Under the pieces are notes generated by a model. That model was not told the DNA's origin, ran no database searches, and saw nothing but the letters and a program-made list of their open reading frames with translations. A stretch of DNA of 42,605 nucleotides, taken from a virus. Taxonomy: Duplodnaviria; Caudoviricetes. How positions within the stretch are numbered: position 1 is the first letter of the stretch; every line of letters begins with the position of its first letter. The stretch spans positions 1 through 42,605 of IMG/VR virus record IMGVR_UViG_3300045285_000090; one strand, 5' to 3'. Position numbers and translations under genes: made by a program. This document shows, piece by piece, positions 42,236-42,605 of this stretch.

Positions 42236-42579
42236 GCCGAGCTCCCCTCGTCCGCGGCCGCCTCATCCACTGCCCCCTGCAGCCGGCTCTGGTACGGGTC
42301 GTCGCGTTGCAGGGCGCCGTGTTCGTCCACGAAGTGGATCGTGACCTCGGCTCCCGGCTTCGGCGGCCTCCGCGTGACGGTCGTCGTGGCCTGGACCTGA
42401 CGCTTCGTGTTGCCGATCGGCTCGAGACCGATCGTGATGACGATCGAGCCCTTCCCCTCGGCGTCGATCACCTTGCGGGCGATCTCACGCAGCGCGGTCG
42501 TGGCCTCATCGTTCACGCGGCCGCCGGTGATCTTGGCGAACCACTCCGCGAACGATTGGTTCTTCAGCGCGTCAGACAT
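42232..42579 (-). CDS. Partner of the DUF2303 protein (YfdP-like)
   Basis: GKGSIVITI...FVDEHGALQRDDPYQ pattern, directly upstream of DUF2303. Confidence 0.75.
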   Translation of the reverse strand: MSDALKNQSFAEWFAKITGGRVNDEATTALREIARKVIDAEGKGSIVITIGLEPIGNTKRQVQATTTVTRRPPKPGAEVTIHFVDEHGALQRDDPYQSRLQGAVDEAAADEGSSA

Positions 42580-42605
42580 CCGCGCTCCTCTCTCCGTGCT
42601 CGTTG
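42479..42605. repeat. Terminal overlap identical to 1-127
   Basis: Exact match. Confidence 0.95.

Noticed and set aside
3405-42400. Numerous long + strand ORFs opposite the structural and early genes
   Set aside because: Antisense shadows expected in high-GC DNA; no RBS or recognisable motifs
1-42605. Abundant GATC, TCGA and CGATCG as a HIP1-like repeat system
   Set aside because: Plausibly explained by ATC, GAG, GAC and CTC codon preference; enrichment cannot be shown without a codon-aware count

Overview
The window is an apparently complete, circularly assembled genome (about 42,478 bp; bases 1-127 repeat exactly at 42479-42605) of a temperate, high-GC siphovirus-type phage. The host is probably an actinobacterium, inferred from GC content, TANNNT promoters, a leaderless start and the tRNA style. 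A short + strand lysogeny block (930-3394) holds an XRE repressor, a compact XerC/D-like tyrosine recombinase, a tRNA, a membrane protein and a lipoprotein. Everything else is one long - strand arm: Cro-like HTH; early and replication genes (DUF2303 pair, HTH replication initiator with iterons, resolvase-like nuclease, two LuxR-type HTHs, secreted transglycosylase, ParB-like protein, ASCH, many Zn-finger microproteins); a fibre/appendage module upstream of the terminase; terminase, portal, scaffold and capsid; a five-gene glycosyl/methyl-transferase cassette; head-tail and tail genes with a -1 frameshifted chaperone; and lysis (NlpC/P60 endolysin plus membrane proteins). The most unusual signals are: (1) a tRNA with a tRNA-Ser body but an Ile (GAU) anticodon, followed by a trailer complementary to its variable arm and a downstream copy of that arm; (2) a 13-bp palindrome TTGCCC-N-GGGCAA at six dispersed sites in a genome encoding ParB without ParA; (3) six AGG-triloop hairpins at the 5' ends of terS and the scaffold gene; (4) an in-frame UGA in an otherwise intact early gene; (5) a glycosylation cassette together with a 25-repeat Thr/Ser-rich fibre-like protein. 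All family calls come from motif recognition by eye; no database searches were run.
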